A stretch of DNA of 64,000 nt from Mya arenaria. Lineage: Eukaryota. The position numbers and the translations under genes are program-made. The DNA lies in NCBI RefSeq assembly GCF_026914265.1, contig NC_069127.1:1617682-1681681 (forward strand). Direction: 5' to 3'. How positions within the stretch are numbered: the stretch's first letter is position 1; every line of letters starts with the position of its first letter. The notes under the pieces were generated by a model that saw nothing but the letters and a program-made list of their open reading frames with translations, was not told the origin of the DNA and made no database searches. Positions 1 through 11,100 of the stretch are shown here, in pieces.

Positions 1-127
1 AGTAGACCATTTATTTACATATTATATATCCTGACCAACCTACCCTATATTGTTATTCCCCGGCAGTGATATCAGAAACAGCAATTAATTAATTAATTAA
101 AAAAAAATAAAAAAATAAAAAAAAATT

Positions 128-146
128 GGGGGGGGGGGGGGGGGGG
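128..146. repeat. homopolymer G19 preceded by an A-rich (TTAA/A)n tract (61-127)
   Basis: The sequence is ...ttaattaattaattaaaaaaaaataaaaaaataaaaaaaaattgggggggggggggggggggaaac. Confidence 0.9.
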
Positions 147-210
147 AAACAGAAGGTGATTGATGAAGGAATTATTTCATTATATAATAAACATATGGTT
201 GCACTCCTAC

Positions 211-345
211 CTGGCAGGCATGACAATGAACGTCCTTGGCTTGCTGGTCCACGATCATGCCCGCCCCACAGCCCACATTGGGACAGAAGACGCCCCCCGC
301 CTGTATCACACACTCCTCCGCTCCAAAGTCCTTGTAACGCTCATA
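211..345 (-). CDS. PRKN: parkin IBR exon
   Basis: Acceptor ccttgccttcag|TAT, donor CCAG|gtagga. The peptide YERYKDFGAEECVIQAGGVFCPNVGCGAGMIVDQQAKDVHCHACQ matches human [44 protein letters not shown]. Downstream exons (RING2) lie beyond the window start. Confidence 0.85.
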
Positions 346-3179
346 CTGAAGGCAAGGAAGGATAAATGTTTAAATGTTATGTTTAAATGTATGATAATTA
401 GCTTTGTAACAACTATACTTGTACATGGCAGACTGCCTTGATTTCATATTAAGGGTAATATTTTCGCTAGTAGAGTATTTACTGAGCTATTGACTTAAAT
501 ATGCTTACATGCAAATACTTAACCAAAGGGTGACATTGATACTAGGGTGAGTACCGGGTAGTATAGCTCTCCTTATTGCTAAAAATCATCAAAAAGGGAA
601 CTTACATATTTAAAACAATCTACAGCATTTCCCACAAATAAAGGCTTTAGAAAACAACTCTATAACCTTAATTTGTCATTTTCTAAATTACATTTCCCAT
701 TATTTGTGGATTTGAAAGATATGAAAGTCAAACCTGTACTTTTCCCAGCAGTTGAAAATGATGAATGTCTCGAATGAGGGAGTTGTCACAACCCACTGAA
801 ATTTTCCACGTATGTAAATATATTAATGACTTAACCAGCTTATATATATTTCATACTAACATTCACATACATCTTATAAAGGAGACATATGTATGTTTAT
901 CAGAAAAGGTACATGACTTTGTATATACATGTAGCTTATTGTCCACTGAAACAAACAGAAATGACATCATGAATACTTTTTAATGTGCATGACTATGTCT
1001 TCACAATAGTGAGTACAGACACAGAGTGATGGCAGAAGGAAACGTCTTCTGACATAATTTCCCTTAAAACTTGATCGCTTTAAGTACTAAATAGTAAGTT
1101 CATGAAATCTAGGTCAAGGTCACAGTGGTACCTGGACAGGGAAGAGAGTAGCCGATGTCAGGGTCAGCCACAAATGAGCGCCGGTCAAGGTTGGTCTGAG
1201 CGTATGTGGTGAAGCAGTCAACACACACTACATGTTTATCCCCACATGGGTACACCAGGATAGGACTCCTGAAACAGGAACATATCCCAGTGCAAATATC
1301 TACATCAATGTATCAATATGTATTCTGATTTCAACTACAAAATGTAGAAAATGAGGCATACAGAAATGCTTATCAAAATAATAGTTGTGCCATAAGGATT
1401 TAGCGTCCTTTATAGATGTATGCATGATGTATCAATCAACTAAACTAAAAATATATTTAATTTAATTGGTCACACAGTCATGCTCTTAAAAGGTGTTCCA
1501 GAGTATTGATTAAATCAAACAGATCCAAAATGATAAGAATTTCTTCCTTAGACAGGATTTGCCATGTACAGGAAGCAAGCTTATGTTCATCTCTAAGTGA
1601 ATGACTGTCTTAAAAACATAATGTACCTAAATGATACAATTACCTGATATCGGTACATATGACACACTCGATGTCCCGTGTGTTTGGTTTCACATGTCGG
1701 AGCGGGGCACACTCTTCATCACCATCATGACTACCACACTTGAAGTAAAATTGCTGAAACATTTATAAATATAGAATTGTATAGAAGTATAAATATTGAC
1801 AAACACATTATGGATTCTCATCATATACTCATAGACAACAGCAACAAACATGAGCGCCAAATGTAACAAAATACAGCCATTACATTTTTTATGACACCAA
1901 GTTTGGTGATAACTGGCATATAAGGCGTATTTAGAGAGCAGACACTGTAAATTACAGTTTTTGCCAATTTAAAGGTCATACCTCTTGAGGGAATGACAGA
2001 GACATTGTGCCAAACCACATTCTGACCGCATTTGGTGATATTTAACAAATGCTTCTGAAGTAATTGATCAGACAACATACTTGACCCCGCCAGACTTACA
2101 TAATTGAAAACTATAATAGGTCCTGTTCTATGCCCAGGCATTAAGAAAGCTAAATGAATGAAACAATCAATATAATGACAATTTAGTTGTTGATTGATTA
2201 CTTTGCATAATACATATTGCGTACATGTACAAATATAAATGTTATATTTGCATTTAGATTTTCATATAGGATATGAATACTTTAAGAGAATGAATATATT
2301 GACATGATTAAAGAACACATTAGCACCATGAACCTACAGCAGGTTGGTTACTATCACAGTCCTTGCAGAGTCCCTGGAGACGGCCAGCAGTTAACACATC
2401 AGCCCAGCTTCCAGGCTCCTATAATAAAATATGTTTTATATTACGGGTTGAAACACTGTTTTCACTGCTCTAAAATGCAATGATGTCACAATAAATAAAT
2501 ACTGAATATTATGGAAACATGCACAAATTGATAATTATGTACATATAGAATATTATGGTAGCACACACAAGTTTATAATTATGTACAATGAGGAATTTGA
2601 TGGTAGCATGCACAAGTTTTTAATTTTGGGCTTACATCATTTTATGATTAAAGCATGCAAAAGTTTATAGTTACTTACATATGGAATTTTATAAAATGTA
2701 CATGTATATAATTACATGCAATATTGAATATTATGATAATAAACAAAAGTTCATAAATACAACTAAGACCTCTTGCTTACATAAGAAAGATCTTTATCAT
2801 TCTTTCTTTTATCAATATTTAGTTACAGACTTGCTTACCTGACACATAAGTATAGCACCTTGTTTGCAAGTTTGGCATCTCATCCTTAGTTTGCCAGGGT
2901 AAAGTCCTCCACAAACCTTGCAATACACAAAGTACTGCTTGAGAAAAGAGTCCTCTGTAAAAAGGGTAAAATACTATAAGTACTTAATCATGAACAGTGT
3001 ACAAGAGATTACTTCACTTTATAATATGATGAGTACATTACATTAATAATATTGTGGGCAGTCTTTGTAACATGGACAATGGAAATTAAAAAATCATTTT
3101 AAAAGGTTTCACAAATAACAAAATCTAATGTACATGTATTCAACCAACAGACTAAGTACTTTAGATATATATATATATC

Positions 3180-3223
<44 letters not shown>

Positions 3224-4388
3224 GAGTCCCTTAATAGACAATAAAACAGAGCTGTACTAACTTTGACCACTCTTTACAGTTCTTGGTTCTACATCCAGAG
3301 AAACAGGTGAACAGCCAGACTTTTTCTTTTCAAACACATGCAAAACACTGCCTGCACAAAGGTTCAAGTCCTAAAATGGCAGAAAAGTGAAAAAAGTGTA
3401 ACAATGCTAAATGTATTTAAAAAAAAATGAAACATTGAATATGAAAGTTGACACACAACAATTAAGAGCATATAATGCCACTGAATGAACTGGAATTTGC
3501 TGCTAGCTGTACAGTAATTTGCATGGCTATGGATAGCTGTTTGACCATCATAGGTGATATTAAAAATGAAGTCAAAGGGCAACATTCAAATGCACATTTT
3601 CTGTCATTACATATGAATATTTATAAATGTACAGTCGAAACCCCTTGGCTTGATATTCTAGGGACCAGCCAAAATACTTTGAGCCTTGCGAATATCAAGC
3701 CAAGCGGGATTCTTCATCAGCCTTCTAAATATGTATTTATCTTTGCTATGTTATATAAAGTCATGTTTACCTTGTTTCCTACGTTATGTCCGCTGATTAA
3801 GAGTATTTATTGAATAACATGTTTTTTTCCTAATTTATGTATGCTAACAAATAAAAATAAAAACACATATACATGAAAACAATTAACATAGCTCATAAAT
3901 ATAAACATAGTTTAAACATATAGACAGCATAAATACATAATTCTGGCCACCTGGCTTGCACTCTGACTCTTTGTCACCAGCAATGGATCTGGCCCATATG
4001 TGTTCTTTTATTTTTCAACCAAATAAAGTAAAATAAATATTCTGTGGAATTCTAAAGTCATCCGTAATTTAATATTTAGATTTATATCCACTCTCAACAG
4101 TCTCTTCAAAGTTACACTAAGGGTATTACACATACATGTGTCAGTACATGTGTACATGTACATTCTACACCATGTTTAACAAAAAGTTTATATAAAATAT
4201 TCACTTGCCTGTATGTTTATATCATTCTCCAGTATTTTACCACAAAATAATAAATTAAAGTCTGAAGGACTTCTGGAAAGAGTACAAGACACAATCTTTT
4301 TTATATCAGCTACATTTTCAGCTCCTGAAATGTCAATCACTTTTGAATTCTCCTTCGAAAACCTCACATTAATGAAGTGTGCCATCAT
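211..4388 (-). CDS. PRKN: parkin-like RBR E3 ubiquitin-protein ligase gene (multi-exon; 3' exons lie beyond window start)
   Basis: Minus-strand exons encode peptides that align with human parkin. UBL: HFINVRFSKENSKVIDISGAENVADIKKIVSCTLSRSPSDFNLLFCGKILENDINIQ. RING0: DSFLKQYFVYCKVCGGLYPGKLRMRCQTCKQGAILMCQ and EPGSWADVLTAGRLQGLCKDCDSNQPA. Then QFYFKCGSHDGDEECAPLRHVKPNTRDIECVICTDIR, followed by RING1: SPILVYPCGDKHVVCVDCFTTYAQTNLDRRSFVADPDIGYSLPCP. Then VGCDNSLIRDIHHFQLLGKVQ, followed by IBR: YERYKDFGAEECVIQAGGVFCPNVGCGAGMIVDQQAKDVHCHACQ. Splice phases are consistent across the exons called below. The linker between UBL and RING0 is unresolved. Confidence 0.8.
734..795 (-). CDS. PRKN: parkin RING1-IBR linker exon
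   Basis: Acceptor aaaatttcag|TG, donor GTACAG|gtttga. The peptide VGCDNSLIRDIHHFQLLGKVQ matches human [22 protein letters not shown]. Confidence 0.75.
1132..1268 (-). CDS. PRKN: parkin RING1 exon
   Basis: Acceptor gtttcag|G, donor CCAG|gtacca. The peptide RSPILVYPCGDKHVVCVDCFTTYAQTNLDRRSFVADPDIGYSLPCP matches human [46 protein letters not shown]. Confidence 0.85.
1644..1753 (-). CDS. PRKN: parkin RING0 C-terminal / RING1 N-terminal exon
   Basis: Acceptor tgtttcag|CAA, donor ATATCAG|gtaatt (phase 2). The peptide QFYFKCGSHDGDEECAPLRHVKPNTRDIECVICTDI matches human [38 protein letters not shown]. Confidence 0.8.
2338..2418 (-). CDS. PRKN: parkin RING0 exon (part 2)
   Basis: Acceptor ttattatag|GAG, donor GCT|gtaggt. 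The peptide EPGSWADVLTAGRLQGLCKDCDSNQPA matches human [28 protein letters not shown]. Confidence 0.7.
2839..2954 (-). CDS. PRKN: parkin RING0 exon (part 1)
   Basis: Acceptor ttttttacag|AG, donor TGTCAG|gtaagc. The peptide DSFLKQYFVYCKVCGGLYPGKLRMRCQTCKQGAILMCQ matches human [35 protein letters not shown]. Confidence 0.8.
3181..3226. repeat. (GA)n microsatellite, about 23 units, in a parkin intron
   Basis: The sequence is agagagagagagagagagagagagagagagagggagagagagagag. Confidence 0.95.
3278..3351 (-). CDS. PRKN: candidate parkin linker exon (low confidence)
   Basis: Acceptor tttgtgcag|GC, donor ACT|gtaaag. The only open frame gives (x)SVLHVFEKKKSGCSPVSLDVEPRT, which would join the RING0 exon in frame through a NAGNAG acceptor. 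The linker is not conserved, so there is no similarity anchor. Confidence 0.3.
3634..3715. mobile_element. tiny MITE (about 82 bp) of a dispersed family; second copy at 53083-53250
   Basis: Terminal inverted repeat ccccttggcttgatattc ... gaatatcaagccaagcggg. The internal sequence is about 80 percent identical to 53085-53170 (cagtcgaaccccgttggctcgaattcctagggactggc...). Confidence 0.6.
4209..4388 (-). CDS. PRKN: parkin exon encoding the ubiquitin-like (UBL) domain N-terminus; start codon at 4388
   Basis: The ATGATGGCACACTTC... ORF gives MMAHFINVRFSKENSKVIDISGAENVADIKKIVSCTLSRSPSDFNLLFCGKILENDINIQ, which matches human [57 protein letters not shown]. The exon ends at CAG|GCAAGT, a consensus GC-AG donor. 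An alternative GT donor 4 nt downstream (A|GTGAAT) cannot be excluded. Confidence 0.7.
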
Positions 4389-4702
4389 CTCATGGATAAA
4401 GTTTGAACTACTAAAAGTACTATTTATATTAAATACTGTAACACTAACAGTGGCTGACAGTCATGTATCATTGTATGTCCATGTTGTTTCAGGGTATCAC
4501 TGAGTAAATTATGATGTGTTTTTTCGGTTTTTACAAATATTCTTATACAATACTGCATTATGCGAATCAAGCAATGATAAATCGATAAAGATCAGTGAAG
4601 TAGCCCTTTAACTGTTCAATTAAGTCTATTCGACATTCTGTCATTGAGTAAGAAAATGACAAATTTAAATGTAAGGGGGGCAACTGTGTTGAGTGAGTTA
4701 GT

Positions 4703-4712
4703 GTCACGTGAC
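4703..4712. promoter_or_regulatory. palindromic E-box GTCACGTGAC in the PRKN/TRPA1 head-to-head intergenic region
   Basis: A perfect 10-bp palindrome containing CACGTG. It lies 315 bp upstream of the parkin ATG (4388, minus strand) and about 100 bp upstream of the candidate TRPA1 5'UTR exon donor (4811). Confidence 0.35.
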
Positions 4713-5098
4713 CCTACATGGAGAAATTGTGAACAGTTGTCGGTGAATTTCGCAAGAAATAACATTGCGATATTTTAAAATCATTTCATGTATATGAAGG
4801 CATTATCAAGGTAAGAGGAAATAAAAATAATTTCATAATTTGCCAAATATTGGCATTTATATGATAAAGAAATCTTGATGAGTATTACTCAGTAAAAAAA
4901 ATGCTTATTAAATTAGCGTTGTCAACACAGCTGTAAAATAAGGTAAAATAACACTGATTTAACTTTATAAAAAGTTGTCAGTTTCGTTGAAAACAGGAAG
5001 ATTATATGCGCTGTAATATTTGATTATTTTTTTCAGTATAAAGCTCTGATAAACTTTCGAAGACGACTTCTGTTGCGCCCCACCCACTCTCTCCTACA

Positions 5099-5113
5099 AT
5101 GGATGAGTTTCAG
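5099..5113 (+). CDS. TRPA1: TRPA1-like exon 1 (ATGGATGAGTTTCAG, MDEFQ), donor gtgagt
   Basis: Kozak-like context (cctacaATGG) and the perfect donor GTGAGT at 5114. An acceptor tttttttcag at 5036 implies a non-coding exon further upstream, with a candidate donor CAAG|gtaaga at 4811. Confidence 0.6.
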
Positions 5114-8100
5114 GTGAGTGCACACAGAACAGGTGCTAAATATAGACCACACTAGTACTAGTTTCAGACCCAACCCAGGGGTATGATAATAATGACATTT
5201 GATAGTATCTATATGAATATGTCATTGAAGATGAATCTCTCGGCTGATTGCTCCTTATGGAGATCAGACTTCCCATGCAATTTTAAACAACTTGGTAATC
5301 ACACACCTTATATGATTTAAATACCTTGAAATTACTAGGCCATTTTAATGCTGTCAAAGATTTCATATAAAATATACTTTGTTACATTTTCCCTGTAAAA
5401 CTCAACAAATTCATAACAAGAAGTGAATGTGATCTGTGATCGAAATATGTTTAATATATGACAAATAAACTAATTTATTAGAGGTTATTAAAATTTATTG
5501 ATATATGAAATTTAGATACAGATAATAAGATATATAACATTTTCTGTTGAGGATTCAACGTTAACCTTCTTAGAAATGACTGTTGTTTGTACGACTTCTC
5601 AAGATAATGTTTATCATGTGGTACACATAGCAGAATTCATCAACATAGTTGATAATCACTTATTAAATAAAATGTCTATACATTAATTAGTCAAGTTGTT
5701 ATTTAAAAATATAAGAAGTACATTTATTATTTTGATTTCTTAGTTTAAACAAATGAACAGATTAAAGAGAATTGTTCATGGTTTGTATAATTAACTTCTT
5801 ACGAAAAAGAAATGTTACATAATAAAGTGAAGCAAATAATTAGTGTTAAAACTAAGATACTGACAGCTGGAATCCTTCAACAAATGCTGATATTTGCTCA
5901 AATATTTGAACACCACAATTTTGAAAAACATTAGCAGTGTGATTCCCCAAAGTGTTGCTGTGTGATTAGTTGATCACTTTATTAAATGTGATGTTAACAA
6001 TGTCTTTGATAAAGGTTAAAATATCAATCTTGTGTTGTCTTTGTGACTGAGAGGTTAAAGCTTCATTTTTCTAATTTTTTCCTGACTGTACAGTGTACTA
6101 GCATGGGTTCGCTCCCCACGAAAACCAGAATATTTTTTAATACTCTTATTGGTTTTTTTTCTACAATTTCGGTATCAAAGAGTGAAATAATAATAAAATA
6201 AGTGTTTTCAGATGCATTTTGGGAAAACTAGTTTTGGTCCAAAAACATAAGCGAGTCCCTTTAAAATGATAATAATAATGAAATTATAAAGTTTAAAAGT
6301 TGAAATTCTTGAAAAAAAATGCATATTTATAATCAAATAACAGAATATAAATGAGATCATATTTATTTTGTGTATAAATATAACAAAAACAACTGATTTG
6401 TAATCTAATGAATCAAAGAATCAGACTTTTGCATGTAGAGGCATTCTTTTTTGGGGGGACTTATTCTAATGATGTCTGCTTTGACTACAGGACATGAAGC
6501 TGCCTCAGGGCAACTACCGGTCCACTATAAATGTTGGGTCAGATTCCGGCCGACCCCAGGTAGAGATGACGGACCTGCCAACAGAGAAGCCTAGGGCCCC
6601 AGTGGACGAGCCATTTCCACTACCAGAGATCCCTCACCTTCCCAGGGTTGAAACAGGTCATGATGTCATGAACCTTACACTGCATCAGGTATGTCACTAT
6701 CTGTACTGTGCATTAAACAAAATAGCAAGGCAGTATCTATTAGTGCTGCAAGATAGCCATCTATATGAATGGAATATCCACTATACTCCCTGCAATTTTG
6801 AAATTCATCCTCAAATTTAGACTAAAGTCAACTTGTTTTACTTTGAGTCAAATTTATGTGCAACTCAAGTTACCTGTGTTGGGGGAAAATGGAACTAACT
6901 GCAAATTGCTATGTTGTTACCATGAAAATCAAACCCTCACTCTGCAGACAAAAACACTTCCATATTGCTATAAAAGCTGGCTTAATCATCGGTCAGTTAG
7001 AATGTGGGGCTCTTTATAAATATTAAAAATGAAGTCAAAGTTTATTTGGAATATTTTTTTTACCCCAGTGTGCAAGAAATGGGGATGTAAAGAGCTGCAA
7101 GATCTTGTTGAGCAACATGGGCGGGAATGTGAAGAAAAAGATAAATGTTCGAGATGAAGATAACCTCACCCCGCTCCACTACGCTGCACGATACAACCAG
7201 CTCAACGTCCTCAAACTACTCATTGATAACCATGCAGGTTTATTATTTTTAAAAATCTTATAAAACTAAAATGTAACACAACATAGTTTAGTAGAGGATG
7301 TGCCCATTTCTAAACATTATATTAATTTTAAAGAAGGCAATGAGTATTACATATTAATGTTGATGGATTATTTTGGAGACTGATGATTTATCGGGAACAT
7401 AAATAAAGACTTGATATTCATGATTGTTTTTTTATGTCATTGTTTTGAAAATCAGATGACCATCTAGATGAACACAGTTTGTGCTTGGATATATTTTATT
7501 GAAAAAGACTATAAACTAGTGTAAATAAGTGGTGTCTTCTGCAGATTTGAATGCACGTGATGATGAGGACCTGACAGCCCTGCACTATGCTGCCCGATTT
7601 AAGAGGGAAACCAAGAACAGACGAGTGGATGGAGATGAAGACCAACCACAGGTATGTACTGTCAGGCAGGGCAGGAGTGTCCTGTCAGGTAGGGCAGGTA
7701 TATACTGGGGAGGTATGTACCGTCAGGTAGGGCAGGTATGTTCAAGGAAGAAGGATGGGTATGTACTGTAAGGTAGAGCAGGTATGTACTGCCAGGTAGG
7801 GCAGGTATGAACTGCCAGGTAGGGCAGGTATGTACTGCCAGGAAGGGCAGGTATGTACCGTCAGGTGGGCAGGTATGTACTGTCAGGTGGAGCAGGTATG
7901 TACTGTCAGGTAGGGCAGGTATGTACTGCCAGGAAGGGCAGATATGTGCTGTCAGGAAGAGCAGGTATTTTCTGCCAGGTAGGGCAGGTATGTACTGTCA
8001 TGTGGAGCAGGTATGTACTGTCATATGGAGCAGGTATGTACTATCAGGTAGGGCAGGTATGTACTGTCAGGTGGAGCAGGTATGTACTGTCAGGTAGGGC

Positions 8101-11100
8101 AGGTATGTACTGCCAGGAAGGGCAGGTATGTACTGTCAGGTAGGGCAGGTATTTTCTGCCAGGTAGGGATGGTATGTAGTCAGGAAGGGCAGGTATGTAC
8201 TGTCAGGTGGAATATGTATGTGCTGTCAGGTAGGGCAGGTATGTACTGCCTGGTTGAGCAAGTATGTACTGTCAGGTCATGTTTGGGTGGTAGTCGGTGT
8301 TTACAAATGACCATAGGGTATAAAAGGTCATGTGGGGGTGGTAGACTGTTTTGACACATGGCTGTCAGATAAAAGAGGTCATGTAGGTTGTTATACATGA
8401 CTATCAGGTTCAAGAGGTCATGAATGTGTGGTAGTCACTTGTTACACATGGCTGTCACATATAAGAGGTCATGAAGGAGTGGTAGTCACTTGTTACACAT
8501 GGCTGTCACATACAAGAGGGCGTGAAGGGGTGGTAGTCAGTTATCACACATGGCTGTCAGCTACAAGAGGTCATGAAGGGGTGGTAGTAAGTTATCACAC
8601 ATGGCTGTCAGCTACAAGAGGTCATGAATGGGTGGTAGTCAGTTATCACACATGTCTGTCAGCTACAAGAGGGCATGAATGGGTGGTAGTCACTTGTTAC
8701 ACATGGCTGTCACATATAAGAGGCCATGAAGGGGTGGTAGACAGTTATCACACATGGCTGTCACATACAAGAGGCCATGAAGGGGTGGTAGTCACTTGTT
8801 ACACATGGCTGTCACATACAAGAGGGCATGAAGGGGTGGTAGTCAGTTATCACACATGGCTGTCACATACAAGAGGCCATGAAGGGGTGGTATTCACTTG
8901 TTACACATGGCTGTCAGCTACAAGAGGTCATGAAGGGGCAGAAGTCAGTTATCACACATGGCTGTCACATACAAGAGGCCATGAAGTGGTGGTATTCACT
9001 TGTTACACATGGGTGTCAGCTACAAGAGGTCATGAAGGGGCAGAAGTCAGTTATCACACATGGCTGTCACATACAAGAGGTCATGAAGGGGTGGTAGGCA
9101 GTTATCACACATGACTGTCACATACAAGAGGCCATGAAGGGGTGGTAGTCAGTTATCACACATGGCTGTCACATACAAGAGGTCATGAAGGGGTGGTAGT
9201 CAGTTATCACACATGACTGTCACATACAAGAGGTCATTAAGGGGTGGTAGTCAGTTATCACACATGGCTGTCACATACAAGAGAGTAAAGCCCATAACTC
9301 TAATAATTGTAAACTTTTTTCACCTTTTTTGATTGAACCCCACCCCCAGTCAATTGTTGATGTTTGCTCATATTTCTGGGTTATTTCCTACTTTGAGTAG
9401 CAGTTATATAAGTATACAGTTATATAAGTACTCTCCTATTCCTTGTCAGGAGAATGGCGGTATGCCCCACAGTGACACAGCTGAGGACCTGGAGTCCCAG
9501 ACAAGCGTAATATCGTACCTTGTGACAAAAGGCTCAGATGTGAACGTGCGTGACCTTTATGGACAGACACCGCTACACTATGCCTGCATGAGAGCCAACG
9601 AGGTCGCCTGTCGTGAGCTGCTGAAGTACAGACAAGTCAACATTGAGGTGTGTCAATCTAGACTTCTGAGTTCCTAGAAAACAAGTTTTCTTAAAGCATA
9701 CAAAATTCAAATGAGATTCATCAATATCAATTTAAAAATAATTGCTCTTATACACAGCTTTTGTTTTTTAATTCAGTAGCTGTCAGGTGTGTTAAAGATA
9801 TAAGTGTACATAATATAAAATGAAAAATCATCGTTAATTGACAATTAAAAGCCCATTAGCTGCCACTTTAATGTAATCAAATGTAAATCATACATTTCAA
9901 AATATATAAATGGGATATGTTGTAATATGAGATTATTTCATAAAAGTATTCTTAGAAAGAAAAATTCACAGTTAAACTGTAAAAAAAAATGCTTTGATGG
10001 CTGCAGGGATCGAACCCTGGTCCTTTCGTTCAGCAGGTGGGAAATAATAAAATGCTTGTTTATTAAAATGTCATCCCTTCCAATTAATGGCCAGACTGCT
10101 GGCCTTTATAGACATCTTGATTGATGAACATCTTTGCTTCCTACCCCTTTCCTATATGCCTGGCGCCTGGCATGAAAGCAATTAGTACCCATTATTCAAT
10201 AGCTGCTGCATCACAGCAACTGGCCAAATCAGAACAAGACCCTTGTGAGACTTGAAACGTCATCAGGTGGATGGCTTTACCAACATGCAACAGTGACAGA
10301 TGACTGCATAATGTTTTATGGAACTTATTAATACAAATTATAGTTTTGCGAGAATTTAAAATATTAGAGAAATAGTTGCTGTATTCAAACTTTTATGTTA
10401 CTGTGAGTTACTTGAACATACTTTTGTCAACTAATTTCTCTAGTCAGCAGGTCAATAAGAGGTGTTTAAATGGCCTAATGCAATCAGTAATTCATTTATT
10501 TATTGGTAAATATAAACAAATACACAGGTTATACAAGAGTGTACCGCTTAAATGTATTGCATTATAATTGTCAATACTGTGGCAATTATGAAATGTTATT
10601 GTACACCAACAAGTGGCTGTATTCCTTCTTTATGAGATAATAACCAGAATGAACCTTGTTCACTAGGCAGCAGACAAGCAGGGTATGACACCCCTACACA
10701 TGGCCTCCTCCCACCATCAGACACTCATCGTGAAGATGTTGATCCGATCAGGGGCTAATCTGCGATGTAAAGATGACGAGGACACGACTCCCCTACATGC
10801 TGCGTGTACGGAGGGCAGCATCGAGATTGTGCGCAAGCTGTTCAATGCAGGTGCTAAATTGGATGGATGGGTGACAATCCAAAGTGTAAGAGTCATTTTA
10901 TATTATTTAGATAACAGGAAAGTATTATACCACGTGTTTGCTTTTTTACTTTTTTAACCTAGTTTTTTTTTGTGTCATTTCAATTTTGCAGATTTTGCTA
11001 TCCAGTATGGTCTGACAACTGATAGCTTTTGAGGATTGGTTAATCTCCGAACTATTTTGATTTCATTAAGAACATCCTTGTGATTTGATATATCATGTTT

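Noticed and set aside
6494-6820. 108-aa plus-strand ORF taken as a single-exon gene
   Set aside because: Its first 65 codons are TRPA1-like exon 2. The remainder is intron read-through past a CAG|gtatgt donor.
8428-9114. 228-aa ORF (MVVTCYTWLSH...) and the overlapping 72-aa ORF
   Set aside because: It is a translation of the 51-bp minisatellite, and its periodic peptide repeats mirror the DNA repeat. It lies inside a TRPA1 intron.
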